From NCBI RefSeq assembly GCF_050737575.1, contig NZ_JBOHXW010000007.1, positions 20,722 to 84,721 on the forward strand: a stretch of 64,000 bases of DNA, written 5' to 3'. Positions 40,393 to 50,011 of the stretch are shown here, piece after piece (position 1 is the first letter of the stretch; the number at the start of each line of letters is the position of its first letter). Source of the DNA: Stenotrophomonas sp. (GTDB lineage: Bacteria > Pseudomonadota > Gammaproteobacteria > Xanthomonadales > Xanthomonadaceae). The position numbers and the translations under genes were made by a program. Below the pieces are notes generated by a model that was given only the letters and a program-made list of their open reading frames with translations, was not told the DNA's origin and ran no database searches.

Positions 40393-42380
40393 TGAGCATG
40401 TTCGGTAAGTTGACGTGGGACGCCGTGCCGTTGCACGACCCAATCGTCGTGGTGACATTGTTGGGCATGGTGTTGGGTGGCGTTGCGCTGCTGGGCGCCG
40501 TTACCTATTTCAAACTGTGGGGCATGCTGTGGCGCGACTGGTTCACCACCGTGGACCACAAGAAGATCGGCATCATGTACATCGTGGTGGCGCTGGTGAT
40601 GTTGGTGCGCGGCTTTGCCGATGCGCTGATGATGCGCGCGCAGTTGGCCGCCGCCGGCCCGGGTAGCGATGGCTTCCTGCCGCCCGAGCACTACGACCAG
40701 ATCTTCACCGCGCACGGCGTGATCATGATCTTCTTCGTCGCCACACCGTTCGTGGTGGGCCTGATGAACATCGTGGTGCCGCTGCAGATCGGCGCGCGCG
40801 ATATGGCGTTCCCGTTCCTCAATGCCTTCAGCTTCTGGATCTTCGTGGTCGGCGCTGCGCTGATGATGATCTCGCTGGGCCTTGGCGAATTCGCGATGAC
40901 CGGCTGGGTGGCGTATCCGCCGTTGTCAGGCATCGAGTTCAGTCCGGGCGTGGGTGTTGATTACTACATCTGGGCGTTGCAGGCCTCCGGTGTCGGCACC
41001 TTGCTGACTGGCGTCAACCTGTTCATCACCATCCTGCGCATGCGTGCGCCAGGCATGACGCTGATGAAGATGCCGGTGTTCACCTGGACCGTGCTGGTCA
41101 CCAGCGTGATCATCATCGCCGCGTTCCCGATCCTGACCGTCGCCCTCGGCGCGCTCACCCTGGACCGCTACCTGGACTTCAACTTCTACACCAATGACCT
41201 GGGTGGCAACCCGATGATGTACGTCAACCTGGTGTGGGCCTGGGGCCACCCGGAGGTGTACATCCTGGTGTTGCCGGCGTTCGGCATTTTCTCCGAGATC
41301 ACCGCCACGTTCTCGCGCAAGAAGTTGTTCGGCTACAAGTCGATGGTGGGTGCAACGCTGGCAATCGGCATCCTGTCGTTCGTGGTGTGGCTGCACCACT
41401 TCTTCACCATGGGCTCCGGTGCCAGCGTCAATGCCTTCTTCGGCATCATGACGATGATCATCGCCATCCCCACCGGCGTGAAGATCTTCACCTGGTTGTT
41501 CACCATGTACGGCGGCCGCGTGGAGTTCAGCGTGCCGATGTTGTGGACCATCGCCTTCCTGGTGACCTTCACCATCGGCGGCATGACCGGTGTGCTGCTG
41601 GCCATTCCGGGTGCGGATTTCCTGCTGCACAACAGCCTGTTCCTGGTCGCCCATTTCCACAACACCATCATCGGTGGCGCGTTGTTTGGCTACCTGGCCG
41701 GCTTCGTTTACTGGTTCCCGAAAGTGTTCGGCTTCACCCTCAACGAGCGCTTGGGCAAGTGGTCGTTCGCCTGCTGGATCATCGGCTTCTACCTGGCCTT
41801 CATGCCGCTGTACATGCTCGGCTTCATGGGCATGACCCGTCGCATGAACCAGTACGACAACCCGGCGTGGACGCCGTACCTGATTGCCGCCTTCATCGGA
41901 GCACTGTTCGTGTTCGCAGGCATCGTGCTGATGCTGGTGCAGATTTACGTCAGCGTGCGTGACCGCAAGAAGAACCTGGACATCACCGGCGACCCGTGGA
42001 ATGCACGCACGCTGGAATGGCAGACGCCCTCGCCGCCGCCGTTCTACAACTTTGCCGTGGTGCCCAAGGCCGACCAGCTGGATGCCTTCCACGAAGCCAA
42101 GAAGCAAGGCCTGCCACCGCCGCCGAAGACGTACGCGCCCATCCACATGCCGCGCAACACCGGCGTGCCGTTGATCCTCAACATCTGGATCCTGGCGCTG
42201 TGCTTTGCCTTGATCTGGCACATCTGGTGGCTGGCCGGTGCGAGCTTCGTGGCGATGATCGTCACCTTGATCGTGCGCTCCTACGACGAGGACGTGGACT
42301 ACTACGTCAGCGCCGAAGAAGTGGCCGCCATCGAGAACCAACACCAGAACAAGCTCAAGCAGCACAGGGTGATTGCATGA
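40392..42380 (+). CDS. cyoB: Cytochrome bo3 ubiquinol oxidase subunit I
   Basis: [33 protein letters not shown] heme-copper motifs. Confidence 0.97.
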   Translation: MSMFGKLTWDAVPLHDPIVVVTLLGMVLGGVALLGAVTYFKLWGMLWRDWFTTVDHKKIGIMYIVVALVMLVRGFADALMMRAQLAAAGPGSDGFLPPEHYDQIFTAHGVIMIFFVATPFVVGLMNIVVPLQIGARDMAFPFLNAFSFWIFVVGAALMMISLGLGEFAMTGWVAYPPLSGIEFSPGVGVDYYIWALQASGVGTLLTGVNLFITILRMRAPGMTLMKMPVFTWTVLVTSVIIIAAFPILTVALGALTLDRYLDFNFYTNDLGGNPMMYVNLVWAWGHPEVYILVLPAFGIFSEITATFSRKKLFGYKSMVGATLAIGILSFVVWLHHFFTMGSGASVNAFFGIMTMIIAIPTGVKIFTWLFTMYGGRVEFSVPMLWTIAFLVTFTIGGMTGVLLAIPGADFLLHNSLFLVAHFHNTIIGGALFGYLAGFVYWFPKVFGFTLNERLGKWSFACWIIGFYLAFMPLYMLGFMGMTRRMNQYDNPAWTPYLIAAFIGALFVFAGIVLMLVQIYVSVRDRKKNLDITGDPWNARTLEWQTPSPPPFYNFAVVPKADQLDAFHEAKKQGLPPPPKTYAPIHMPRNTGVPLILNIWILALCFALIWHIWWLAGASFVAMIVTLIVRSYDEDVDYYVSAEEVAAIENQHQNKLKQHRVIA

Positions 42381-43006
42381 ACATCATGTCCAACGTCGCC
42401 GTAGAAAACGCAACAGCGGCCGACCACAGCCATGACGATCATGGCCACGAACAAGGCGGCATGAAGGTCTTTGGCATGTGGGTTTACCTCATGTCCGACC
42501 TGGTGCTGTTCGGCTCGCTGTTCGCCTCCTACGCGGTGCTCAGCACCGCGTATGCCGGCGGCCCGACCGGCGCGGAGTTGTTCTCGCTGCCGTTCGTGAT
42601 GGTGGAAACCTTCCTGCTGTTGTTCTCCAGCATCACCTACGGCCAGGCCGTGTTGGCGATGCACCGGCAGAACAAGCAGGCGGTGCTGGCCTGGCTGGGC
42701 GTCACCTTCGCGCTCGGCGCCGGCTTCATCGGCATGGAAGTGTATGAGTTCAACCACCTCATCCACATTGGCGCCGGCCCCACCACCAGCGCCTACCTGT
42801 CCGCGTTCTTCGCGCTGGTTGGCACGCACGGCCTGCACGTGGCCAGCGGCCTGATCTGGATGGCGGTGGTGATGCACCAGGTGAAGCGTCGCGGGCTCAC
42901 CCCGACCAACGTCACCCGCATCTCCTGCCTGAGCCTGTTCTGGCACTTCCTGGACCTGGTCTGGATCTGCGTCTTCACCTTTGTCTATCTGATTGGAGTG
43001 TTCTGA
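42377..43006 (+). CDS. cyoC: Cytochrome bo3 ubiquinol oxidase subunit III
   Basis: ATG 42377 overlaps the cyoB stop; [28 protein letters not shown] motifs. Confidence 0.95.
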   Translation: MNIMSNVAVENATAADHSHDDHGHEQGGMKVFGMWVYLMSDLVLFGSLFASYAVLSTAYAGGPTGAELFSLPFVMVETFLLLFSSITYGQAVLAMHRQNKQAVLAWLGVTFALGAGFIGMEVYEFNHLIHIGAGPTTSAYLSAFFALVGTHGLHVASGLIWMAVVMHQVKRRGLTPTNVTRISCLSLFWHFLDLVWICVFTFVYLIGVF

Positions 43007-43008
43007 AC

Positions 43009-43341
43009 ATGTCCGACAACGACACCTCCCGCGCCGGCAGCGGACATGGTTCCACCAAGTCCTACCTGATCGGCTTCGTGATCTGCGCCGTGCTCACCGT
43101 CATCCCCTTCATGCTGGTGATGAACCCGACGCTGTCGCGGCCACTGACGATGGCCCTGCTGGTCGGCTTTGCCGTCGTGCAGATCATCGTGCAGCTGGTG
43201 TACTTCCTGCACATGAACCGCTCTTCGGAGGGCGGCTGGAACCTGGCCAGTTTTGTTTTCACCCTGGTCATTCTTTTCATCGTGGTCGCGCTCTCCATCT
43301 GGATCATCTGGAGCATGCACTTCCACATGATGGTCAACTGA
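43009..43341 (+). CDS. cyoD: Cytochrome bo3 ubiquinol oxidase subunit IV
   Basis: SYLIGF, QLVYFLHMN, SIWIIWSM motifs. Confidence 0.94.
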   Translation: MSDNDTSRAGSGHGSTKSYLIGFVICAVLTVIPFMLVMNPTLSRPLTMALLVGFAVVQIIVQLVYFLHMNRSSEGGWNLASFVFTLVILFIVVALSIWIIWSMHFHMMVN

Positions 43342-43420
43342 CGCACACACGCACGGGCTGGCAAGCAATTGCCGGCCCGTGTCGTGCAGCGCGGCGGGCC
43401 GTCCTTCATCGACTGTAGCC

Positions 43421-44113
43421 ATGTCCCGTTATTCCTCCCCCGCCAGCGGCCTTGCCGCACTGGCCCGCAAGCTCCGTCTTTCCACTGTGTTGCTCACCGC
43501 CGCCAGCCTGTTGCTGGTGGCCTGCGCGGCCAAACCCAAAGTGGATTACTACGGCAAGGACATCGCCTGCGAAGCGCTCGGCCAACACTGGTCGATGCCC
43601 GACAGCAGCGGCGTCACCCGCACGCCCGCCGACTTCAACGGCAAAGTGACCTACCTGTTCTTCGGCTTCACCAGCTGCCCCGACGTCTGCCCCACCACGA
43701 TGGTGGAGTTGAACCGTGTGAAGCACCTGATGGGCTCGGACGCCGACAACCTGCAGGTGGTATTCGTCACCGTCGACCCGGCCCGCGACACCCCGGCCGT
43801 CGCCGAGACGTATGTAAAAGCTTTCGACCCCACTGCCACCGCACTGGTCGGCAACGATCAGCAGCTGGCTGCCATGGCGTCGTCATTCAAGGCCTTCTAC
43901 GACCGCGAAGACGGCACCCTACCCGGCACCTACACCATGAGCCACACCTCCGGCGGCTACGTCTTCGACCGCCAGGGCCGGCTGCGCCTGTTCGCCCCGT
44001 TCGGCATGCCGGTGGAACAACTGTTCTCCGACATCCAACGCCTGACCCTGGAACCGACATTGCCGGTAGGCCAGCGAAACCCACCGGGCTGCAGCGTGGA
44101 AGCTTCAAGCTGA
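43421..44113 (+). CDS. SCO (Sco1/SenC) family copper chaperone / thiol reductase, lipoprotein
   Basis: LLVAC lipobox; FFGFTSCPDVCPTT (CxxxC); VTVDPARDT; YTMSHTS (conserved His). Confidence 0.9.
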   Translation: MSRYSSPASGLAALARKLRLSTVLLTAASLLLVACAAKPKVDYYGKDIACEALGQHWSMPDSSGVTRTPADFNGKVTYLFFGFTSCPDVCPTTMVELNRVKHLMGSDADNLQVVFVTVDPARDTPAVAETYVKAFDPTATALVGNDQQLAAMASSFKAFYDREDGTLPGTYTMSHTSGGYVFDRQGRLRLFAPFGMPVEQLFSDIQRLTLEPTLPVGQRNPPGCSVEASS

Positions 44114-44150
44114 GGCCTGCCCCGGCCAACCCTCAAAGCCCAACAATCAA

Positions 44151-44191
44151 AGCCCCTCTCCCGTATACGGGAGAGGGGTTGGGGTGAGGGG
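44151..44191. repeat. REP-like type B element
   Basis: AGCCCCTCTCCCGTATACGGGAGAGGGGTTGGGGTGAGGGG. Confidence 0.8.
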
Positions 44192-44306
44192 AAGCTCCGA
44201 GCAAGCAGACCATCAGCTCCCAGCAAGCCCCCCAACACCACCCCAAAACCCATCAAAACCCCACCCCCACCTTGACACTCGCCCCCTCGGAACTGAGGCT
44301 AATGCC

Positions 44307-44726
44307 ATGAGCATTGACCTTACTCCTCTGAATCTCCGAGAGCTCAACACTCTCATCCGCACCGCCCAGGCAACGCACAAAGCACTCGTCAGCCGCCCAC
44401 CGGCCGAGAAAGTCCGGCGCCAGTTGATCGCCGCCGCCAAGCGCGCTGGCTACACGATTGACGAAGTCTTCGGCCTGGACGCAGACCAGGCGCAACCCAA
44501 GACCAAGGCCACCCGCCGCCGCAAAGGCCCCAAGGTCAAGCCGAAATACCGCGACCCGGAAAACCGCTGGAACACCTGGACCGGCCGCGGAAAGATGCCC
44601 CTCTGGCTCGCCTCAAAAGTCCGCTTCGGCCACAACCCGACCGACTTCCTGATACCCGGCGTCGCCAAGCTCACCCCGAAAGAGAAAGTCCTGACGGGAA
44701 AGCGGAAGTTGTTCAAGCAGGGTTGA
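44307..44726 (+). CDS. H-NS-family nucleoid-associated protein (XrvA-like)
   Basis: ATG 44307; KYRDPENRWNTWTGRGKMPLWL is the H-NS DNA-binding signature; N-terminal IDLTPLNLREL coiled coil. Confidence 0.9.
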   Translation: MSIDLTPLNLRELNTLIRTAQATHKALVSRPPAEKVRRQLIAAAKRAGYTIDEVFGLDADQAQPKTKATRRRKGPKVKPKYRDPENRWNTWTGRGKMPLWLASKVRFGHNPTDFLIPGVAKLTPKEKVLTGKRKLFKQG

Positions 44727-44739
44727 TCGGGAAACAAAA

Positions 44740-44768
44740 AAGCAACCAGACGGGGAGTCTGGTTGCTT
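44740..44768. terminator. Bidirectional rho-independent terminator
   Basis: AAGCAACCAGAC-GGGGA-GTCTGGTTGCTT with A/T tails, between convergent genes. Confidence 0.8.
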
Positions 44769-44908
44769 CCTTAATTTTTCGCGCGGAAAAGTTAGCCGCT
44801 ATCAAACTCGTCGCAAAAAAAACTCAACCCTGATCTGCACACCAGCATCCTTGCGCGGCTCACAAATAGATTCGAGAGCTTCTCTAGAGCGTGCATGGAA
44901 AATTTAAT

Positions 44909-47900
44909 CTAGACGCCTTTCCAGAATCGCTCAACCTCCACTCTCCCTGAATCTCTATCCACCATTTCCTCGACAGGAATATTGAATGTAAGCCTTACCT
45001 TTGCTTTTCCCGAGGTAGCGAGAGGCTCCAAACGTGCTGCGCCACTATCGACAAGGGCGCTCACAAATCGCGTCCACATGTCCCCGTCATAATGATTTAT
45101 CCAAGATAACCGATGATCGTCGGCGACTTTAGTTTCCCTATCGATAATCACCGGGACGTCAGGGCGCCTTATCAAACGAGTCAAATAGTGAAGCGAAGCT
45201 ACAATAATCTCGCCATCGGACGAATCAATACTCCCACTCAAAATACCAGCATCGTGAAGTATCCTCGCCACCTGCGCTGGTGTATCAGCAAAGGAGGAGC
45301 CAATCTTCAGAGATGATATTGATGCACAATCCCCCCCTTTCAACACTCTCTTTGCTACGACTGAAGAAGGCACTTCCAAGTATTCGATAGTAGCTCCCGA
45401 CACTATCACCTCGCCTTCAGAATTATCAGAAATACCGAGATGCGATATAACACTTCTGGAGAGGTCAATAGATGTCCAGCCACCGTCAGCTAAAACAACG
45501 CTGTTCATAGCCAAACCGCGCGCTGATGGAGTCGGCGGAATTCCGTTACCGAAGTTCAAAAGCGACTCCCAAAGTGCACCAAGATTTGAGGACGCCGCCT
45601 GATTTCCAGCCTCCCCCTTCAGTTCAAATGACATTTTACTTGAGAGGATCTTCGCAGATTCAGGGTATCTTTTTATTAGCCATTCAAATACTGCGGAATT
45701 TATATTGCTGGCTGCCAAAAGGCTAAATAAAGACTTCTCATTGAAAACCCCGGAAACTCGACGCTGAATTGCCAGCAGCAAAAAACAATCAAACAAAACT
45801 TCATGAGAAAAACCGAATTGATTCTGTCCATTTTTATCAGGCCTCACCCCAAGACCGCCTAGTGATGAAAGTCGCCTTGAGAGCCCAGGCCTCACTTCGT
45901 CAAGCGGCTCACCAACCACCATCTTCGCACAAGCCACAAGCTCTGATAGTTCGAGCTCCCTACTCTTTGAACTCTGCATCAAATCAGCCACATCCGAGAA
46001 TAGCTCTCTTAACTCCCCAGTACTTAGTAGCTCCTCAGAGGTCTGGGTTCGAAGCTTGTGCGATTCTCGATCTAAAAATTGCTCGACGACAATCTCATAC
46101 ATTGAGGGAGCGTGCCGCGGAGTGTCAGCATTCCGTTCGATCCAAGCAGCAAAAGCTTTCGCGAAGAATGGCACGCCAAGTACGCCCCAATCATTCGCAG
46201 TAAGCATCTTGATTCGATCAACCCCGACCCCCATTTGCTTTAGATATTTTTCCGACTCATTTCTTTTCCATGGCTGCAATTCGACAAGCGTATGATCCAC
46301 ATTAAGATCAACTGCAGACGCAAGTGATCTTCTGTACTGGGTTAAGTAGTATGAAGACCTCGCTGATGCGACTAATACTCCTCGCCCACCAAGCTCTCTA
46401 AACCAGGGTTCGAGGGAGCCCAGCGCGTTTTCGTATCCACTGCTTCCCAAAAGCTCATCGAATCCGTCCACCATCAGCACCAGAAGTCCATTTCGACACA
46501 AAGCCTTTGCGCTGTGACTTGAGAGGACTTTAGTGATATTCAACGCGCTATCAACTGCATCCTCCAAGCTGGAAAGCGTCCTACCTGTCGATGAGACAAA
46601 AAGATAAAGCGGACATTGGCGCGTCGGATCTTCAGCGATGAGCCTTGAGCGCTCTTTCGCCAACCCCAGCATTAATTCCGTTTTTCCTAGCCCGGCTTGC
46701 CCAACCAAGAAGAAAACCGACGTTGACGGTTTCATGGTCTGACAAGCATCGTCGATTCGCACTCCTAGTTCAAAAAATTTGGAACCGTCAATCAACTCAG
46801 GACCAAGTGTGGACTCTTGCATTTCTCTGAGTATCGAAGGACCCCGCACCGGGGAGGTACCTTGAATCCCTAGACGTGACGACTCTTCCGCCTCTCGCCG
46901 CTGATCTAGCGCAGATAGACCCATGCCTATACGGCGGGCAAGCAGCTCCCACTTTGAAACGCTCTTAAGAAATTCAGAATACGATCGCCACTCGCCCTGA
47001 CTCGCCTCCCATTCCCTACGATGATCAAGCCCAATACGGAAGGCATCGATTCTCGGTTCGTTACCTTCGCTTGTTGATCTTGTCCAAGGAATGTGAAGAT
47101 AGCCCGTCCGCTCATCATCACCGAAAAAGAAACTAGGCCTCGAATAATCTTCCGTATATGCGGCAACGTCAGCCAGAGTATCTGTTACAAGCTTCGCCAA
47201 ATCCTGATTTGGATTGCCTTTTTCGGAAAGAAACAGCCTTCTGAAGCGAGCAACGAGCTCGGAATTTCGCTCAAGCCAAAGCTCTCCATCAGATCCGAAA
47301 TAATGTATGGTATCGTCGGCAAAGTGAGAGAAGACACCTAAATTTATTCTGGAAGAATGTGCGACCCACAGAGGCGAGACCTCGAAGGTGGCCGCCCCTT
47401 CATCTCCAACCAGCCAAAGCCGACCATCTTGCTCGCTAACGCCAACGATCGAAAGTTGCGTTGAGAGCGATCTTTCAAGACAAGATATGAGTGCCGAGAC
47501 CGCTAGCGATATTTTCTGACGCATTCCGTCATCTGACGGCAGCGTCCCGCCATGTGAAAGCCGGTCCCGCAAAGATTTAAAGTTACTGTATTTATTAGCC
47601 ACCCTGAAGGCATCTACCCCCTTGATGGCATCCACAGATAGCGCGCGCAACATTGAACTAACCCAAGCTGTTGCAGGCTCATCAACTAGTTTTGATCCTT
47701 GACGAAGCACCGCTAACATTGACCCAAATCCGGGCACCGGAAGCAACTTAACCGATGCACCTTGCTGCCTTCTATTAAATGAAATAAGAAGCGTGTAAAT
47801 AACTCTAACGTGGAAGTCGATCAGCGCGATTGCCTCCCGCACGTCTACTTCATCGTTTGAGCGTTTCACTCTGAAATTTGAAAGGACGGGAGCTAACAAC

Positions 47901-47923
47901 TCAAAAGCATTTATTGATTTCAT
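44909..47923 (-). CDS. NACHT/STAND NTPase with an N-terminal HEPN-like domain; candidate anti-phage NLR-like protein
   Basis: 1004 aa, AT-rich relative to flanks; R119-DRLS-H124; Walker A GQAGLGKT (408-415); Walker B LMVDGFDE (483-490); sensor ASARSSY; GVPF; FSHEVLFD. Confidence 0.8.
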   Translation of the reverse strand: MKSINAFELLAPVLSNFRVKRSNDEVDVREAIALIDFHVRVIYTLLISFNRRQQGASVKLLPVPGFGSMLAVLRQGSKLVDEPATAWVSSMLRALSVDAIKGVDAFRVANKYSNFKSLRDRLSHGGTLPSDDGMRQKISLAVSALISCLERSLSTQLSIVGVSEQDGRLWLVGDEGAATFEVSPLWVAHSSRINLGVFSHFADDTIHYFGSDGELWLERNSELVARFRRLFLSEKGNPNQDLAKLVTDTLADVAAYTEDYSRPSFFFGDDERTGYLHIPWTRSTSEGNEPRIDAFRIGLDHRREWEASQGEWRSYSEFLKSVSKWELLARRIGMGLSALDQRREAEESSRLGIQGTSPVRGPSILREMQESTLGPELIDGSKFFELGVRIDDACQTMKPSTSVFFLVGQAGLGKTELMLGLAKERSRLIAEDPTRQCPLYLFVSSTGRTLSSLEDAVDSALNITKVLSSHSAKALCRNGLLVLMVDGFDELLGSSGYENALGSLEPWFRELGGRGVLVASARSSYYLTQYRRSLASAVDLNVDHTLVELQPWKRNESEKYLKQMGVGVDRIKMLTANDWGVLGVPFFAKAFAAWIERNADTPRHAPSMYEIVVEQFLDRESHKLRTQTSEELLSTGELRELFSDVADLMQSSKSRELELSELVACAKMVVGEPLDEVRPGLSRRLSSLGGLGVRPDKNGQNQFGFSHEVLFDCFLLLAIQRRVSGVFNEKSLFSLLAASNINSAVFEWLIKRYPESAKILSSKMSFELKGEAGNQAASSNLGALWESLLNFGNGIPPTPSARGLAMNSVVLADGGWTSIDLSRSVISHLGISDNSEGEVIVSGATIEYLEVPSSVVAKRVLKGGDCASISSLKIGSSFADTPAQVARILHDAGILSGSIDSSDGEIIVASLHYLTRLIRRPDVPVIIDRETKVADDHRLSWINHYDGDMWTRFVSALVDSGAARLEPLATSGKAKVRLTFNIPVEEMVDRDSGRVEVERFWKGV

Positions 47924-48401
47924 TTTTTAATAGTCCTTTACTAGCTCGCAGCCAGCGGGCCTGCTCACGCATTGACTGTAGCGACATAAGCAGCTCGTTT
48001 CACACGGCATGCCCCGCCCAATTTCCCAGAATGATAGGTGAATCGATCAGCAACTTGTAGACAATCGTCATCCATAGACACTGCAGGCCTGATTTGCTCT
48101 CGTCGCAACTTGATAGAAACGCGCTTTCCCTCCCCTAAGCTCCCACCGTCGCTTCTTTGCTGATTCAGCTTGACATCGCCGCCACATAAGCGGCGGCGGC
48201 AGAAGCAACATAGCGGACAAAGCGCAATTGCCAGACGTCTGACCACAAACAAACCATCTTGAAACAGCGTATAGAGTCGGCATTTCTGCCGACCCTTTCG
48301 CTTGAACATCCGCCCACAAGCCATAGCCAGAATCGAGCTTGTCAAACAGCCCACATGATCTATCAATCTTTGCGGCTATCGAATGTGCCCGCAGACGCCA
48401 C

Positions 48402-49403
48402 CTACCCCGCCGTAAAAAACACATCCGCATGCAGATCCTGCGCCTGCAATCCACGCGCACTTGTAACCTCCATCGCCGCTTCAACCATCAACGGCGGGCC
48501 GGCGACGTAGGCTTTCCAGCCATCAAGATTCTGCAGGTCTTCGGCGACGGCGTCGGTGACCATGCCTGTCCGCCAAGCTGCGTCTGCGGGGGCATCGGAA
48601 AGAACGGCCGTGAACGTCAGGTTTGAGTGCTGCTGCGCCAGCTGCTGAAAGTGATCCACGAGATAAATATCCCGCGTGCTCCGCGCACCGAAGTAGATAT
48701 GGATCGGCTGCTTCATGCCTGCGGCAATCGCGGCGTCCACGATGCATTTGATCGGTGCCAGTCCTGAGCCACCCGCGATGCATAGCAGCGGCCCCGTGTG
48801 GTGCTCGCGCAGAAACGAGGAGCCGAACGGGCCTTCGACCAGCACCGGCTCACCGAGCTGCAGCTGCGTGTGGATGCATTCGCTCGCGGCGCCACCGGGC
48901 ACACGACGGATGTGGAACTCAAGCAGGTCATCGCCGGAACGGCTCGCCATGGAGTAATCGCGGGCGGGAGCGCCAAGGAATTTCAGCCGCGCATATTGGC
49001 CGGCACTGAAGGCAAGCGCTTCGCCGTGATCGTTGACCAGCTGGATGCGCTTGATGTCATGCGTGACGTCTTCCATCGCAGCCACGCGGCAGGTGAGACG
49101 GCGCTGCGGATGCGATGCGGCCTCCGCTTCTTCAAGCCAGGTAACGACGCCGTCCGTTATCGGAATGGCGCAGCAAGCGAGGATCAGCCCTTGCGCCTTG
49201 TCCACGCCGGTGAGCGCAAAGCGGTTGTGATCGAGCAGCTCGACCTCGCCGCTGACCAGGCGCGACCTGCACGATCCACAGCGGCCCGAACGGCAGGCGT
49301 GCGGATAGGCGATGCCTTCGGCGAGCGCCGCGTCGAGAATGGTCATGCCCGCCGGCACCGCAATGCGGCGCCCGGTGCCGCGCAGTTCGATGTTCTTGCT
49401 CAT
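48402..49403 (-). CDS. 2Fe-2S ferredoxin:NAD(P)H reductase (oxygenase-reductase type)
   Basis: CRSGRCGSC...C plant-type ferredoxin; RDYSMAS (FAD); GPFG; IAGGSGLAP; YVAGPP; DVFF. Confidence 0.9.
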   Translation of the reverse strand: MSKNIELRGTGRRIAVPAGMTILDAALAEGIAYPHACRSGRCGSCRSRLVSGEVELLDHNRFALTGVDKAQGLILACCAIPITDGVVTWLEEAEAASHPQRRLTCRVAAMEDVTHDIKRIQLVNDHGEALAFSAGQYARLKFLGAPARDYSMASRSGDDLLEFHIRRVPGGAASECIHTQLQLGEPVLVEGPFGSSFLREHHTGPLLCIAGGSGLAPIKCIVDAAIAAGMKQPIHIYFGARSTRDIYLVDHFQQLAQQHSNLTFTAVLSDAPADAAWRTGMVTDAVAEDLQNLDGWKAYVAGPPLMVEAAMEVTSARGLQAQDLHADVFFTAG

Positions 49404-49412
49404 GGCGCGCAC

Positions 49413-49679
49413 TCAGATCGCATTGGATAAACCCAACGCCACCATCAGGCCAGGTTTCTGCGATGCAAACGTTCCGTAGAACACCTGATCACCGACCAAG
49501 GTAATCGGCGCGACACGCACACCGGTGCGGCGCTTGGCTTCGTCCCTGACCACAGCATCGGTGAGGTCGCGTTCCTCGAACGTGATGCCTTCCCTGGCAA
49601 ACCACTCCTTCAACATCTTGCAATCCGGGCAGGTCGGCGGCGTGTAAACAGTGACGTGGGGATGAGATGCGCGGGTCAT
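49413..49679 (-). CDS. Glutaredoxin-family protein (NrdH-like)
   Basis: VYTPPTCPDCKMLKEW and VAPITLVG motifs; ends 10 nt before the reductase start. Confidence 0.85.
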   Translation of the reverse strand: MTRASHPHVTVYTPPTCPDCKMLKEWFAREGITFEERDLTDAVVRDEAKRRTGVRVAPITLVGDQVFYGTFASQKPGLMVALGLSNAI

Positions 49680-50011
49680 GCAGGCTTCCTCAAGCGGGCG
49701 ATGGGTGTATGCAGATGGCGAAGAACGCAGCGGGCGTTCTGCACGAATTCAAAGCTTAAGGATTGCCGCCGTGGGAAGGTCAAGCGGATTTGTTGCGCCA
49801 CTTTGAGAAGCGTTGACTGGCACTGACCTGCGAAGCAGGTGTTCGCTACAAAACAGAAGGCCGACATTTCTGCCGGCCTTCTGCGTGAACAGCTATCAAC
49901 GTTGTTGGTCTGGTGCATTCAACTCAAGGGCAGCTGGCATCAGCGTAGCGTTTGGTGAGTTCTCAACACGGCTCTGATGCCGGCTTCTCATTTTCTTCCC
50001 ATATCCGTTAG

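Noticed and set aside
47965-48366. 133-aa ORF upstream of the NACHT gene as a partner or antitoxin
   Set aside because: No RBS or recognisable motif, it spans a terminator-like hairpin, and competing ORFs of similar length exist; more likely promoter/intergenic DNA.
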